Below, piece by piece: positions 37,711-49,147 of a stretch of 64,000 bases of DNA. The position numbers and the translations under genes are program-made. The notes beneath the pieces were generated by a model. That model was not told the DNA's origin. It ran no database searches and was given only the letters and a program-made list of their open reading frames with translations. Every line of letters begins with the position of its first letter. The stretch's first letter is position 1. This DNA is from Phyllobates terribilis (Eukaryota): assembly GCF_046119375.1 (NCBI RefSeq), contig NW_027362764.1:189038001-189102000 (forward strand), read 5' to 3'.

Positions 37711-38385
37711 GAACCGTGGAAGAGGAAAACCACAATTTTATTTCACTGGCCTACACCAGAATCTTTTAAACAGATATATTTGTGTCTGAACAGTCAGCGA
37801 GACACTCAAACTGTTTTTTTTATGTAAAAAAGGCAAAAAGGTGGATTACACCCAGATTTGAACCGTGGAAGAGGAAAACCACAGTTCTATTTCTCTGGCC
37901 TACACCAGAATCTTTTAAACAGATATATTTGTGTCTGAACAGTCAGCGAGACACTGAAACTGTTTTTTTTTATGCAAAAAGGTGGATTACACCCAGATTT
38001 GAACCGTGGAAGAGGAAAACCACAGTTCTATTTCTCTGGCCTACACCAGAATCTTTTAAACAGATATATTTGTGTCTCAACAGTCAGCGAGACACTCAAA
38101 CTGTTTTTTTTTTATGCAAAAAGGTGGATTACACCCAGATTTGAACCGTGAAAGAGGAAAACCACAGTTCTAGTTCTCTGGCTTACACCAGAATATTTAA
38201 ACAGATATATTTGTGTCTGAACAGTCAGCAAGACACTCAAACTGTTTTTTTTTGTATGGAAAGTGGATAATACAGAGATTTGAACCGTGCAACTGCAAAA
38301 CCACAGTTCTAGTTATCTGGCCTACACCAGACTCTTTTAAACAGATATATTTGTATCTGAACACTCACAGACACACTCAATTTTT
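37711..38385. repeat. ~140-150-bp subterminal repeat x5 in hAT-A copy 2 (x2 in copy 1 at ~700-945)
   Basis: gaaccgtg recurs at 37711, 37860, 38001, 38143 and 38282. Confidence 0.88.
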
Positions 38386-39621
38386 TTTTTGGGGGGGGGA
38401 ATACCAAAAGGTTAATAAAGCGGGTATTTGTACAGTCTGACTGAGGAAAAAAAAAGAGGATTTAGATGAAAAAAAAGGATTTTTCCTGGCCCCTGAGACC
38501 TGGGGCTAAGTCTAGCAATGTGAGAAGCAGTACACAGGACTGTAATGCAGTGTTTGTTGGTATAACCACTGCCTCTCCTATACAGCCTGCCTGCCTGATA
38601 TCTGGGATGCATATTAGTCCTGAGAAGGACTGTTTGTTTGATTTGGCAGGCTTTAGAGACCCTACACTACCTATTTCGCACTATATATCTCTCCCTAACT
38701 CAGCAGCACTGACCCTACACTGTCTAATCCCGGCGACTGTGTCCAAGATGGCGGCGCCCGGTTTTAAATACTCGAGGTGACACTGTGCGGCCAGGCAATC
38801 ACTGTAATGCCTACAACCAACATGACTGCGGCATTACAGTGACTGGCTGGCATTCCCTGCATGTTCATTGGCTCTGTAAAGAGCGCCAAACGTGCAGGGC
38901 GGAGACCCGAGCTCCTGCCCGAGTAACCCAGAAATACTCGGTGCTCGCCGAACATCCCGAGTAGTGAGATGCTCGGGCGAGTACCGAGCAGTGTCGAACA
39001 TGCTTGCTCAACACTAATTGCTATATCTGCAAATGTCCGATCTATCAAAATATTAAATTATTTAATTCAGAAATTCAATGCCATAAAGCAAAAAAAGAAA
39101 AATTGAAATACCAGAACTGCATTTTTTTTGCTTGCCACACCTCCCACAAAAATGAAATAAAAAAATTATAGGTACCACAAAATTATACCAATAAAAACAG
39201 ATGGATGCTGGGTGTGACACGGGGGGTAACCCCTCCCACAACCCAGCAGCCAGCGCGGGGACCCCAGCGCTGAGTCACGCCTCACTTGTCGTGACGTCAG
39301 CGCTGGGTCATGTGATGCCTGTGAGCGGCTAAGGATAGCGCCGCTCACAGGCAGAAACAGCAACGTAAGGTATTTGCAAAAATCCTTAGGGGCCCCGGGG
39401 GATAATATAAAGTACTGGACAACTTCTTTAAATATGACATACAAATCAGAGACAAAAAAAAAACGGTGTCAAAAACGCTATATGCAAATTGCCTCTTCAA
39501 AGAGGAAGATGATTAGAACTCTAGTGCCACTTATTGGAAGTAGCAATCCTAAAAAGTCAATATCGACCCTTTAACGAGCTTTGGCACATGACTTAGGATA
39601 AAAGCCAAACCAGAATCTCAA

Positions 39622-39666
39622 TTTGCAGATACTGCGTTCCGGGGTATTGCCCCTCATCAGTACAAA
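39622..39666 (-). ncRNA. Hammerhead ribozyme motif, degenerate core (GGAA for GAAA)
   Basis: Minus strand reads tttgta CTGATGA GGGG caata CCCC GGAA cgcagt ATC tgcaaa. Confidence 0.8.
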
Positions 39667-39951
39667 GTATGAGACCTGATTTGGCTAGGTGAGATGCTTA
39701 AGATTGGGATCTAAGGGGTAACGTTTCTCCTTGTGGAGAGTGACAAGCCATGCCTGGCATGTCAGAGTGAGGAGACTTATACGCCATGCATGCTCTTTTG
39801 GGCAATTAAATATACAAATTGCCCCATCAGAGAAGAAGAGGACTAGAACTCTAGTGCCACTTATTGGAAGTAGCAATCCTAAAAAGTCAATATCGACCCT
39901 TTAACGAGCTTTGGCACATGACTTAGGATAAAAGCCAAACCAGAATCTCAA

Positions 39952-39996
39952 TTTGCAGATACTGTGTTCCGGGGTATTGCCCCTCATCAGTACAAA
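39952..39996 (-). ncRNA. Hammerhead ribozyme motif, second tandem copy, same GGAA change
   Basis: Minus strand reads CTGATGA GGGG caata CCCC GGAA cacagt ATC tgcaaa. Confidence 0.8.
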
Positions 39997-40239
39997 GTAT
40001 GAGACCTGATTTGGCTAGGTGAGATGCTTAAGATTGGGATCTAAAGGGTAACGTTTCTCCTTGTGGAGAGTGACAAGCCATGCCTGGCATGTCAGAGTGA
40101 GGAGACTTATACGCTTTGCATGCTCTTTTGGGCAATTAAATATACAAATTGCCTCATCAGAGAGGAAGAGGACTAGAACTCTAGTGCCAAACGCTATAAA
40201 AACGTACTCAAGATGGGGTTCAGAGTGTACATTAATGAG

Positions 40240-40331
40240 AAAAAAATGAACTTTTTAGAATTTACCAAATGACTGCAATGAAACAAAGAGTGAACAATTT
40301 ATAGGGGTCTGAATACTTTCCATACCCACTG
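40240..40331. mobile_element. Tc1 terminal remnant
   Basis: ggggtctgaatactttccatacccactg|ta resembles a Tc1 TIR end. Confidence 0.5.
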
Positions 40332-41485
40332 TATATGCAAAATCTGTGCTATGTGAACCCAAGAATACAGCAGGGTAAGTAATTAGCAAAGCAATGCTGT
40401 AATAAATCTTAATACGCTGGCATTCGAAAATGTCCTTGTAGACCTAGCCTGTTAAGAAACATTGCGCAGCATCTTTTCCACTTTTGATAATAGGGAATAT
40501 ACTTCATTAACATAGTTTGGATATATGACGCGCTTCTGGAGCAGAAAATGTCTCCGTACAGCTACATTGTAGACATTACCAGTCTCTGTTTTCCGTGATT
40601 GCGCTGATGTACAGTAGGTAATATAATAGTTATCATAAGTAAGGGTCTTTTTAATCTGTCACAGTAAGGTTTAGGAATTCATTCTCAAAGCTGATCTAGC
40701 ATCTACTGTTACAGCAATCAGCGATATATTGCCACATGTGCCAATAGAGTTGGTTGTTTGAAGTCTATAGGGGAAAATGTGTGACATTCCTATTTGTCTA
40801 TAAAGATGGCCTTACAGCCAGACACTTTGGCATCTACCATTATTTTATGATGTATAGACTGGCAGAGACAGGTGGAATTATTTATTGATGCAAGTGCAAC
40901 ACATTCATGGGATTGTATAGTTTATATGTATGTCACAATAAAAAATAACAAAAATAGTATTGAAGCTTTAACCCCTTAACACCCACCAATACGCATTAAA
41001 ATGGCGATCGTTGTGGGGCCTTATTCCTGATTTTTAAAACAGTCAGGAATAAGTGAATAGCGCTTCACCGCGGGTGCAATTCCCGCATGTGACAGCTGTA
41101 CATGACTGTTAAGCAGACACAAATATTAAAAGCACCCACTGTGGTCAAAAGTTAGTTTCAGCAAAATAGTAGGTTAGTAGGTATAGCACTTAATTTTTAA
41201 TAAACTAATAAATAAAAGTATCCTAGTAAAATCATCATAACAAATCAAAACCACCAATTCAATAGTGCTACTTGTACTTATAAACAGCCGTAGAAATGTG
41301 AACACACAGTGCCGCGGAATAAAAAACTTGGAACAATCTCACCACTATGTCAGCAGAAAATCCTGAGTAGTTCCATAAATGAGATCCTCAGTTGTTAGGG
41401 AGATCATGTTTCCATGTTTCAATCCCTTATTTATGGGACTCCCCAATATTTACTCTGCACGCGTTTCATACAATCATACAATCAT

Positions 41486-41526
41486 GATCATGATTAAGAG
41501 CTAGTGTAGCTCGAAACGCATTGACC
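41486..41526 (+). ncRNA. Degenerate Penelope-type minimal hammerhead
   Basis: atgattaa GAGCTA gtg TAGCTC GAAACGCATT gacc. An inverted acgcgtttc lies just upstream (~41459-67). Confidence 0.5.
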
Positions 41527-41594
41527 GTTGTGCTTTCATGTTTTTTAAATTTTACTTTTTCTTGCTTTAATCTACAAATAAATATCATGTTTTA

Positions 41595-42528
41595 GGCTGC
41601 GTGCCCACTATGCGTTTTTCAAGCGTTTTTGCCGTGGAATATCCGCAGCGAAAACGCTTAAAAAACGCTTGGTAATACGTGCCCCATGGTCCCCAATGAT
41701 AATCCGCATGTGCTGTGCACATGCTGTGGAAATTTCCCCTGCGGATTATCATTGCGGAAAAATCCGCAGCATGTCCATTAATTTTGCAGACACGCAGCGT
41801 ATTTGCCACCATTGACTTGCCTTGAAACACTTAATATCCGTGTCAGCACATTTGCACACACGGATATTAAGCGATTCTATGTGCGGATGGTACCCGGGTC
41901 TGGAGAAGAGGAGACTCTCCTCCAGACCCAGGTACCATAGAACCTGTTAAAAAAAGAATTTAAAATAAAAAATAAAGGTTATACTTACCTTCCGATGGCC
42001 CCCGGCCTCCTCAGCGATGCGTCCGGTGTCTTGGGCGGCTTGCGGTGGTGTGAGGACCTGCCATGACGTCATTTAGTCATGTGACAGGTCACGCGACCGC
42101 TGACGTCGGCGGTCGCGTGACCTGTCACATGACTCAATGACATCATCGCAGGTCCTTCACACCACCGCGAGCCGCCCAAGACACCGGACGCATCGCTGAG
42201 GAGGCCGGGGGCCATCGGAAGGTAAGTATAATCTTTATTTTTTATTTTTTACCATTCTTTTTTTTTTTACTATTACTTGGTCACACTATATAAATCCGTG
42301 CCAGTTGCATGGATTTATATAGTGTGACCAAGTTGTCAAGCACTTTTCCAAGTGATGCTAAAATGCCTTGGAAAAGCGCTTGATAACCCGCATGCAGAAA
42401 TGCATGCAAAAACGCTTGATAAACGCTTCTACCTGGCGGGAAAAACACATGTAAAATCCGCATGCGTTTTTCCTGCCAGGGAGAAGCGGAAAAAATATGC
42501 AGCATTTCTGCATCGTGGGCACATAGCC
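41595..42528. mobile_element. PIF/Harbinger-type MITE (934 bp) with a near-perfect central palindrome
   Basis: TIRs GGCTGCGTGCCCAC / GTGGGCACATAGCC; 3-bp TSD TTA at 41592-94 and 42529-31; palindrome ~41970-42250. Confidence 0.88.
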
Positions 42529-42599
42529 TTAATGAATTTTGTAGTTGCTGAATTTTCCTCCTTTTTTTCACCCCATAGAAAGCCCTTGCTTGTTAGCCC

Positions 42600-43680
42600 A
42601 GTTAGAAGTCAACATTCCGGATGTACGCTGAAAACACTCAGATCTACCTCTCTGGCCCAGACATCACCTCTCTGCAGTCCAGAATCCCGGCGTGTCTATC
42701 AGCCATCTCCTGCTTCTTCTTTCACTTCCTTAAGCTCAATGTGGACAAATCTGAAATCATTATCTTTCCTCCATCTCACGTATCTTCCCCACCTGATATA
42801 TCTATCACAATAAACGACATCACACTTTCCCCTGTACCAGAAATTCACTGCCTCGGAGTAACCCTTGACTCTGCCCTGTCCTTTGAACCACATATCCAAG
42901 CTTTCGCCACCTCCTGTCACCTCCAACTTAAAAATATTTCCAGAATCTGTCCCTTCCTAAACCCTCAATCTACTAAAATGATTGTGCATGCCCTCATCAT
43001 ATCCCGCCTCGACTACAACAACATCCTCCTCTGTGGCCTACCTGCTAACACTCTCGCACCTTAACTCTGCTGTCTGACTAGTTCATCTCTCTCCTCGCTA
43101 CTCCTCTGCTCCCCCCCTTTGCAAATGCCTTCATTGGCTCCCAATTCCACAGCGTATACAGTTCAAACTACTAATACTGACCTACAAAGCCATCCATAAC
43201 CTTTCTCCTCCTTACATCTCCGAACTAATCTCCCGATATCTTCCCTCACGTAACCTCCGGTCCTCCCAAGACCTCCTTCTCTCCTCCACACTATTTCGTT
43301 CCTCACCCAATTAACTGAAAGACTTCTCCCTAATATCCACCATCCTCTGGAATTCTGTGCCTTAACAAGTCCGATTAGCCTCCACATTCGGATCCTTCAG
43401 ATGGAACCTGAAAACTTATCTCTTCAAGAAATATTCTAACCTGCAAAGACCACACTGCCACTTCAACACCACAGGAGCTACTGCAACCCCCCCACCTACT
43501 TTATCCTTTCCCATTATCCTGTAGAATGTAAGCCTGCAAGGGCAGGGTCCTCTTCCCTCTGTACCAGTCTATCATTGTTAGTTTGTTTACTGTAAGTGAT
43601 ATCTGTATTTTGTATGTAACCCTTTCTCATGTACAGCACCATGGAATCAATGGTGCTATATAAGTAAATAAAAATAATAA
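42600..43680 (+). mobile_element. 5'-truncated L2-clade LINE (RT C-terminus and 3' UTR)
   Basis: YAENTQIYLS (YADD-like), LKLNVDKSEIIIFP, LIISRLDYNN; 3' end catggaatcaatggtgctatataa followed by an (aat)-rich tail. Confidence 0.88.
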
Positions 43681-43879
43681 AAAATATTTTTGTTCTTTGC
43701 TCTTTACGCTTTGTTTCTTATAAAATCAACTTCATTATAGCTCAGGGAGAACAGCTCACGAGACCTTTACAGCTTGATGCTCAGATTGTGCCTGCCAATA
43801 GCTTTTTGATAGTAGAAGAGGAAATAAATTCCAAAAAGACAAGTGTATCAGTGCTGAGCCGGCTGTCAGTCAGTGCCGG

Positions 43880-44015
43880 GGTGTCCTCTCTCCTCCTGTA
43901 CCAGTCAGCGACTTCTATTGTCTAAGATTATTGTACTTGTTTTTATTATGTATTCCTCTTTTCACATATAAAGAGCCATGGAATAAATGGCGCTATAATA
44001 ATAAATAATAATAAT
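43880..44015 (+). mobile_element. Short L2 3' end fragment
   Basis: tcctctctcctcctgtaccagtc...ccatggaataaatggcgctataataataaataataataat. Confidence 0.7.
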
Positions 44016-47000
44016 TACAGCAGCTGCTCACTATGTACTGAGCAGTGACTGAAGCAACACCGGCCGCGCCTCTATGACTGAAAGCCGGAGGCTGCTGAGA
44101 GGAATAAAGTTAATTTCCTCCTGGCAGCCAGGCTTTCAATGCAGCAACCACATGGCTTTAGAATGCTATTAACCTGCACATTAACTCCATAATTTTTAAA
44201 AGCACAGGTTCCTTTAAAATCCACATCCAATACAGATACAGCATATCACAAGCTTAAGCATTTCATGCCTATTCAACCCTATTTACCTCATAAATTAATA
44301 TGACTGAAATGCGTAGCTAGATTTTAGAGGAATATTCCAATTTTAGCAAGTTATTGCTTATCCACATGATAGGTAATAATTTGTTGATTTCCCCCCATCT
44401 CAATCCTGGAAATGAGGTCTCTAAAGTGTCTTGTTTGCTTGGAACTATGGCCACACACGCCATTCAAATGAGAAACTTCAGAGCCCAGTTTTGGGGATTG
44501 GTGGAGGTTCCCAGTGGTGGTACCCCCTGTTATCAGCAAATTATTTCCTATTCTGTGGATAGTTCATAACTTGTTGGGAAGAAAATAAACCCTTTACCTG
44601 TTTGACAAATACATTTTATTTTCTTAAGGTTCTTGACTTGCTGGATTCCACTTCTACTACTAATGTCAATTGCAAGTTTAATATTATAAAAGGGGTTGTC
44701 CAAGATTAGAAAACATGGCAGCTTTCTTTGAGAAACAGCATCACATCTGTCCATAGTTTTTTTGCTATTGCAGCTCTGCTCCATTGAAGTGCATAAGGCT
44801 AACATCTGCAGACAGGTGTACACTGTATTGCTTTTTCATTTACATATCTCAATCTGTATTAAAAATTAAAAAAATGAAATCTTTCCATTTTTTCCATTGG
44901 CCACTGAGGCATTTTTAGACTGTAACCTCCTGCTGTTTCAGGAAACAACACATGTGTATAGCCACAATGGTCAGACCTCGACATTATCATTTGTCTAGAA
45001 GTATTTAATGAGCATGTGGAAAGGTCATTGTGAAGAGAGGGAAAGCAGGGTCAGCTGTAACATCACCTTTTGTAAATGGTGTGTTATCAGTAGTGTTATC
45101 AGTAGTGTATGGAGGAGTTATCTGTCATTGTTATGCTGTCTCTGATGATAAGGAGCCTCCTGAAACAACAGGAAGTATGAGTCTAAAAAAGCTCCAGTGG
45201 CCAGTGTGAAAGTTGCATCATCATTACTAATTTTGTTTTTCTAATAAAGATCATTATATCGAGAAAAAAAATGTTGCCATTTTTTTAAAAAATAATACAT
45301 CTAACACAAAAACCTGATTTAAAGGACAGGTCATTTTCTGATGCTTTTTTCTCTGAAATTGGTAAATTCCATTGTGACATCCGAGTTACCATAAACATTT
45401 CCCAACGTGCTTTCTAGCAAACATGTTAAACAGGTAGATCTGAACAGTATCATACTGATTACAGTCAGCCAAAGGATGCTTGCCAATGATAGCTGCTATT
45501 CTTGGTGAGAGGATGAAGGTTATATTTATTTAACTAAGACGTACAGGCGAAGAGACAGCAAGTGGCACAGTGCCACCGAGCATGCTATTCTTGGAAAAAG
45601 GATTAGGCTTATATTTATTTATATAAATTAATTGTGGGGTAGAGAAAGAACAGAAGTACGCCTTAGTGGAAGCCTGAGTAAAGAGAGAAACGGGAGATGC
45701 GTGGACTGCTGTAACATAAAGTGTATAAAATAAATAGTCCTTGGTAACGATAAAACCTCTATTTTTAAGAAGTCTAAACATTTCAATGGTGGAGATGGTT
45801 TGTAGAGCATGGAAATTCTTTCCCAAGAAAAAAAAACACAGATTAATTTATTTGTGTAAAAGTCAGACTCAACCTGCTCTAAAAATGTTTGTAAGAACTA
45901 CAGAACTACAGAGGTAAAGTAATCTCATAACGTAATGCTAGAGGACATATTTTCTATTAGGAGATTATATTGCATGGAGTTTCCTAATATGATTTTATTC
46001 TATTAAGCAAAGTGGTTAAATAGACCCACATTGTGCCCAAATAGATTGTGCACCCAATACCCAAAGAGTATTTATACACAGTATTTATGCACTGCTTGTC
46101 CAGTTAGTGCTATACATACAGTATATTGTTACCTCCCTGATTTTCTCAGAGGCACTGGCAGCGATGCTGAGCGACACATGCTCTACACAGTCAATTGTCA
46201 CAGTCTTCTGGCCATCAGAAGAGCTGGTCAAAAGACCAATTGCAGGCTTCGGCATCCATTAAGTGGCTATATTACATGGTGCAATATTCTTATTGAATTC
46301 GTAATGTTCTGGCCTGGCAACTTCTGAGCTACTCATCTAGAGAAACTCATGGATATCCATTCTGGTTTCATGTTGAACTGTTTGACTCTTCTTTATGAAC
46401 TGTGTGTGACTTTCTGACTTTCTGAACCTTGCTACCCTGGGCTCCTCTTTTGTCCTTGTTAGTGATTCTCTAATTTTTACCATTGCTAATTTGTACTTCC
46501 TTCAGCTCAATCAACCAGTCAGCAACTACTTTGCAGACACAATAAAGGAGCCCTTGCAGCAAAGTCCACATCCTATGGTTTCATGGTAAAATTGCCTATG
46601 GTATCATATTTTGCACAAATATTATATATAATTAAATACTTTGCACACATATTGTCCAATTTATCAAATCATTTTCACCAGAATTCTGGCATAAAACTAT
46701 TGGAAAAGTTGCACATTTTTTTAAACTAACCAGCCATTTCCACCAACTTTTTGAAACAATATCTTAGCAGGGCAGCGTGGAGAGGCATGGGTCGAGCACT
46801 GTCTACAAATTCAACATAATTTATGCATGTCTCCAGCATAACATTTACCTTAGTTTGCCAAACTACTGCCATATAGTGTTCACATTTCCTTGTCTTTTCA
46901 CTGACCGCTTGCCTGTGCAAAACTCACAGAGACGTGTCGGGATTTTTTCCAACAGTACAGATGAAAAGTGCCAATACATGTCTATGGGACCGTGAGAAAC

Positions 47001-47573
47001 ACGTAGAGTACACGGATGGCATCAGTGATTAACATTGTAATGTATAGGAGAAGCTTTGTAATTTATTTATTTATCCACATGTGAAAAACACTGATTACAC
47101 TGATTCAAACTACTGATGACCCACATACCATTTTTTTGCGTATGCCAAAAATACTGATATCTGAATGAGGCCTTATTCAGCAACTAAATTCAAGATTTAT
47201 TGGTATACTTTTAAAGTCTGCTAAGTGAAGAAATACATTTTTCCTGCTGTTAATGTACCGGATACCCACATATTTTTCTTTGACTTTTGTTTTTTATGAC
47301 GGCACTGCTCACCTGCCAATGATCCTGGTGTATCTACTTTGTTATTTCTGTAATAAAGCCAAGGGGTGAGCTGAATTAAATTTGGTTTGTTTGGATTTTA
47401 CTTTCATTATATTTTTGTGACTTTATAAAGTCATATGGTGTCAATCTGTGCCCAGAAAGTGTTACACTCGTCTAGATAAATAGTGCATTATGCTGCTGAA
47501 ATCCACTTACTATACCTCGTTGCGCTCTTATCACTTCGCATTATCATCACCACAATATATAATATATATATTT

Positions 47574-47616
47574 TTTTTTGCCTGATGAAGAGGCTAGAAC
47601 AGCCCCAAAACACGTA
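47574..47616 (+). ncRNA. CpG-decayed Penelope-type minimal hammerhead
   Basis: tttttgc CTGATGA agaggct agaac agcccc AAAAC ACGTA gcaaa. GAAACGCGT is recoverable by two G>A changes; stem I ttttgc/gcaaa. Confidence 0.6.
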
Positions 47617-47989
47617 GCAAATAAATATGGATTTTCAAGATCACTCCTTTGTGGCATTGGTTCCTGGGTAGCGCTATTGATCACCTATTCCCATCATCCG
47701 TCATCCTATTTGATTATTTGGAACTCCTTCCAGTGCCGCCAGTACCGCCATAGCTACTGAGTGCGCATCACTTCTTTTCTTACAGAGCAAGAGGAACAGA
47801 GCTATTAAATTTTATATTTAATCCAGAAAGATAGGCAATGTTTATAAAAAAATATACAAGATAAGTTAGAATGGGAACAAACAATGCAATATATACAATT
47901 ACATAGAATAAAAAGAGATAACGAAAGAAACTTCCTAAACCTGGTCACATAAATGGTTCAGAGCTTAGTGGAGAGAAGCACTCCTGACT

Positions 47990-48650
47990 TGGAAGATGGA
48001 CACTCATACAGTGAACTATGTCTTCCTAGAACAACAAAGACCCAAGTCCAGTTTCTGCTTTTTATTAGCTCCAAGTTACACCCACATACCTCTCCTTGAA
48101 GACCTCATGTGGGGGCTGTTTGTGATATGTTATCAGCCCTTCAGGATTTTATGAGATCCCCAATTTACAAGATATTTTCGCCTCTGAAGGTCTCAGGCAT
48201 TAGATATTGACGTCATATTTTCTATCGTGATTTTACCTTTACATAGAGACCAAATAAGACCTGATCTATTGCCCCACAGTGATGTGAGTGAATGCGTTCC
48301 ATTCATTCCTTCGCTATGATGCCGAAAATCTGTATCTTATAAATATCGGATCTATATAAAACTCAATATTCTTATCTGTACTCCGGAGACAGGCCATCTA
48401 GCTGCACTCTCATACTAATTCTTTGAACTTAGGATGCTTCCTCCCTTGGACAACGGCAGCTTCTCCACTTATCCTCCCCTGCATACACAAATCTCAATCT
48501 GGTGGTCTTTTCCCCAGCAGATATCCTGTTTTAATCACCTGTCCACAGCAGGAGGTCTTCTGCCTCAAAGATTGTTATAATTAGTTTCTCTCTCCATAGC
48601 TATAAGCAATTTTTCTCTTCCCCATATGTTCATTGTGAAGGCTTACCTAC
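47990..48650 (-). mobile_element. Highly degenerate L1 ORF2 endonuclease-region remnant
   Basis: Minus-strand translation has eroded resemblance to the L1 EN region; many stops. Confidence 0.35.
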
Positions 48651-49147
48651 TTCCAAAAGGAGTCTGAATTGTCAGCTCCTCTCCCTTCTCTGGAGATGTC
48701 TTATGGATTTTAATTTTTCTATGACACAATCCACTGACTGTTCCTCTCGTGATTTTGACTTCCAAATACTGATGTAAAATACTGACCAAATACTGAATGT
48801 GTGAATGTGGCCTAAGCCTGGCTCCATGTCTGACCATGTTTTGGTTATTATCAGCTATAAGATGCATACCAGAGATCCCTTAGCTGCATGTTCTCCACAG
48901 ATGTCTGTACCAAGATACACAATAGCGGTCTGCTTGGATTTTTTGCTGTTTCTTATGTTTTCCCTCTTTTTTATGTGTTTTCATGCAGATTTGATGCAGC
49001 ATTTTTTTAAGCATTTTTTGTTCCAAAATGCTGCAATTCTGCAATTAAAAACACAATTGCATTTTTTACATGCATTTTTCAGATTCCACATAGACGTTTT
49101 TAGAGAAAAAATGCAACGAAAACAGCACAGTTCAAATGCATCTTTAA

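Larger units (their letters stand above)
39483..40188 (-). mobile_element. Retrozyme-like tandem array, 2.1 copies of a 330-bp unit, with 10-bp TSD
   Basis: tagaactctagtgcc recurs at 39514, 39844 and 40174. TSD AAACGCTATA at 39473-82 and 40189-98. Confidence 0.88.

Noticed and set aside
40105-40170. Second hammerhead in each retrozyme unit (CTGATGA-GGCAATT hairpin)
   Set aside because: It is followed by CAAAA rather than GAAA and has no stem III or NUH. The 9945 copy also lacks the downstream core.
45400-45830. Further host exons (e.g. SAKGCLPMIAAILG at 45465-45504; minus-strand ORF 45530-45826)
   Set aside because: Several mutually exclusive short open frames with weak splice signals and no recognisable protein.
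46130-46570. Another solo LTR
   Set aside because: Composition is LTR-like, but no TG...CA boundaries or TSD could be fixed.
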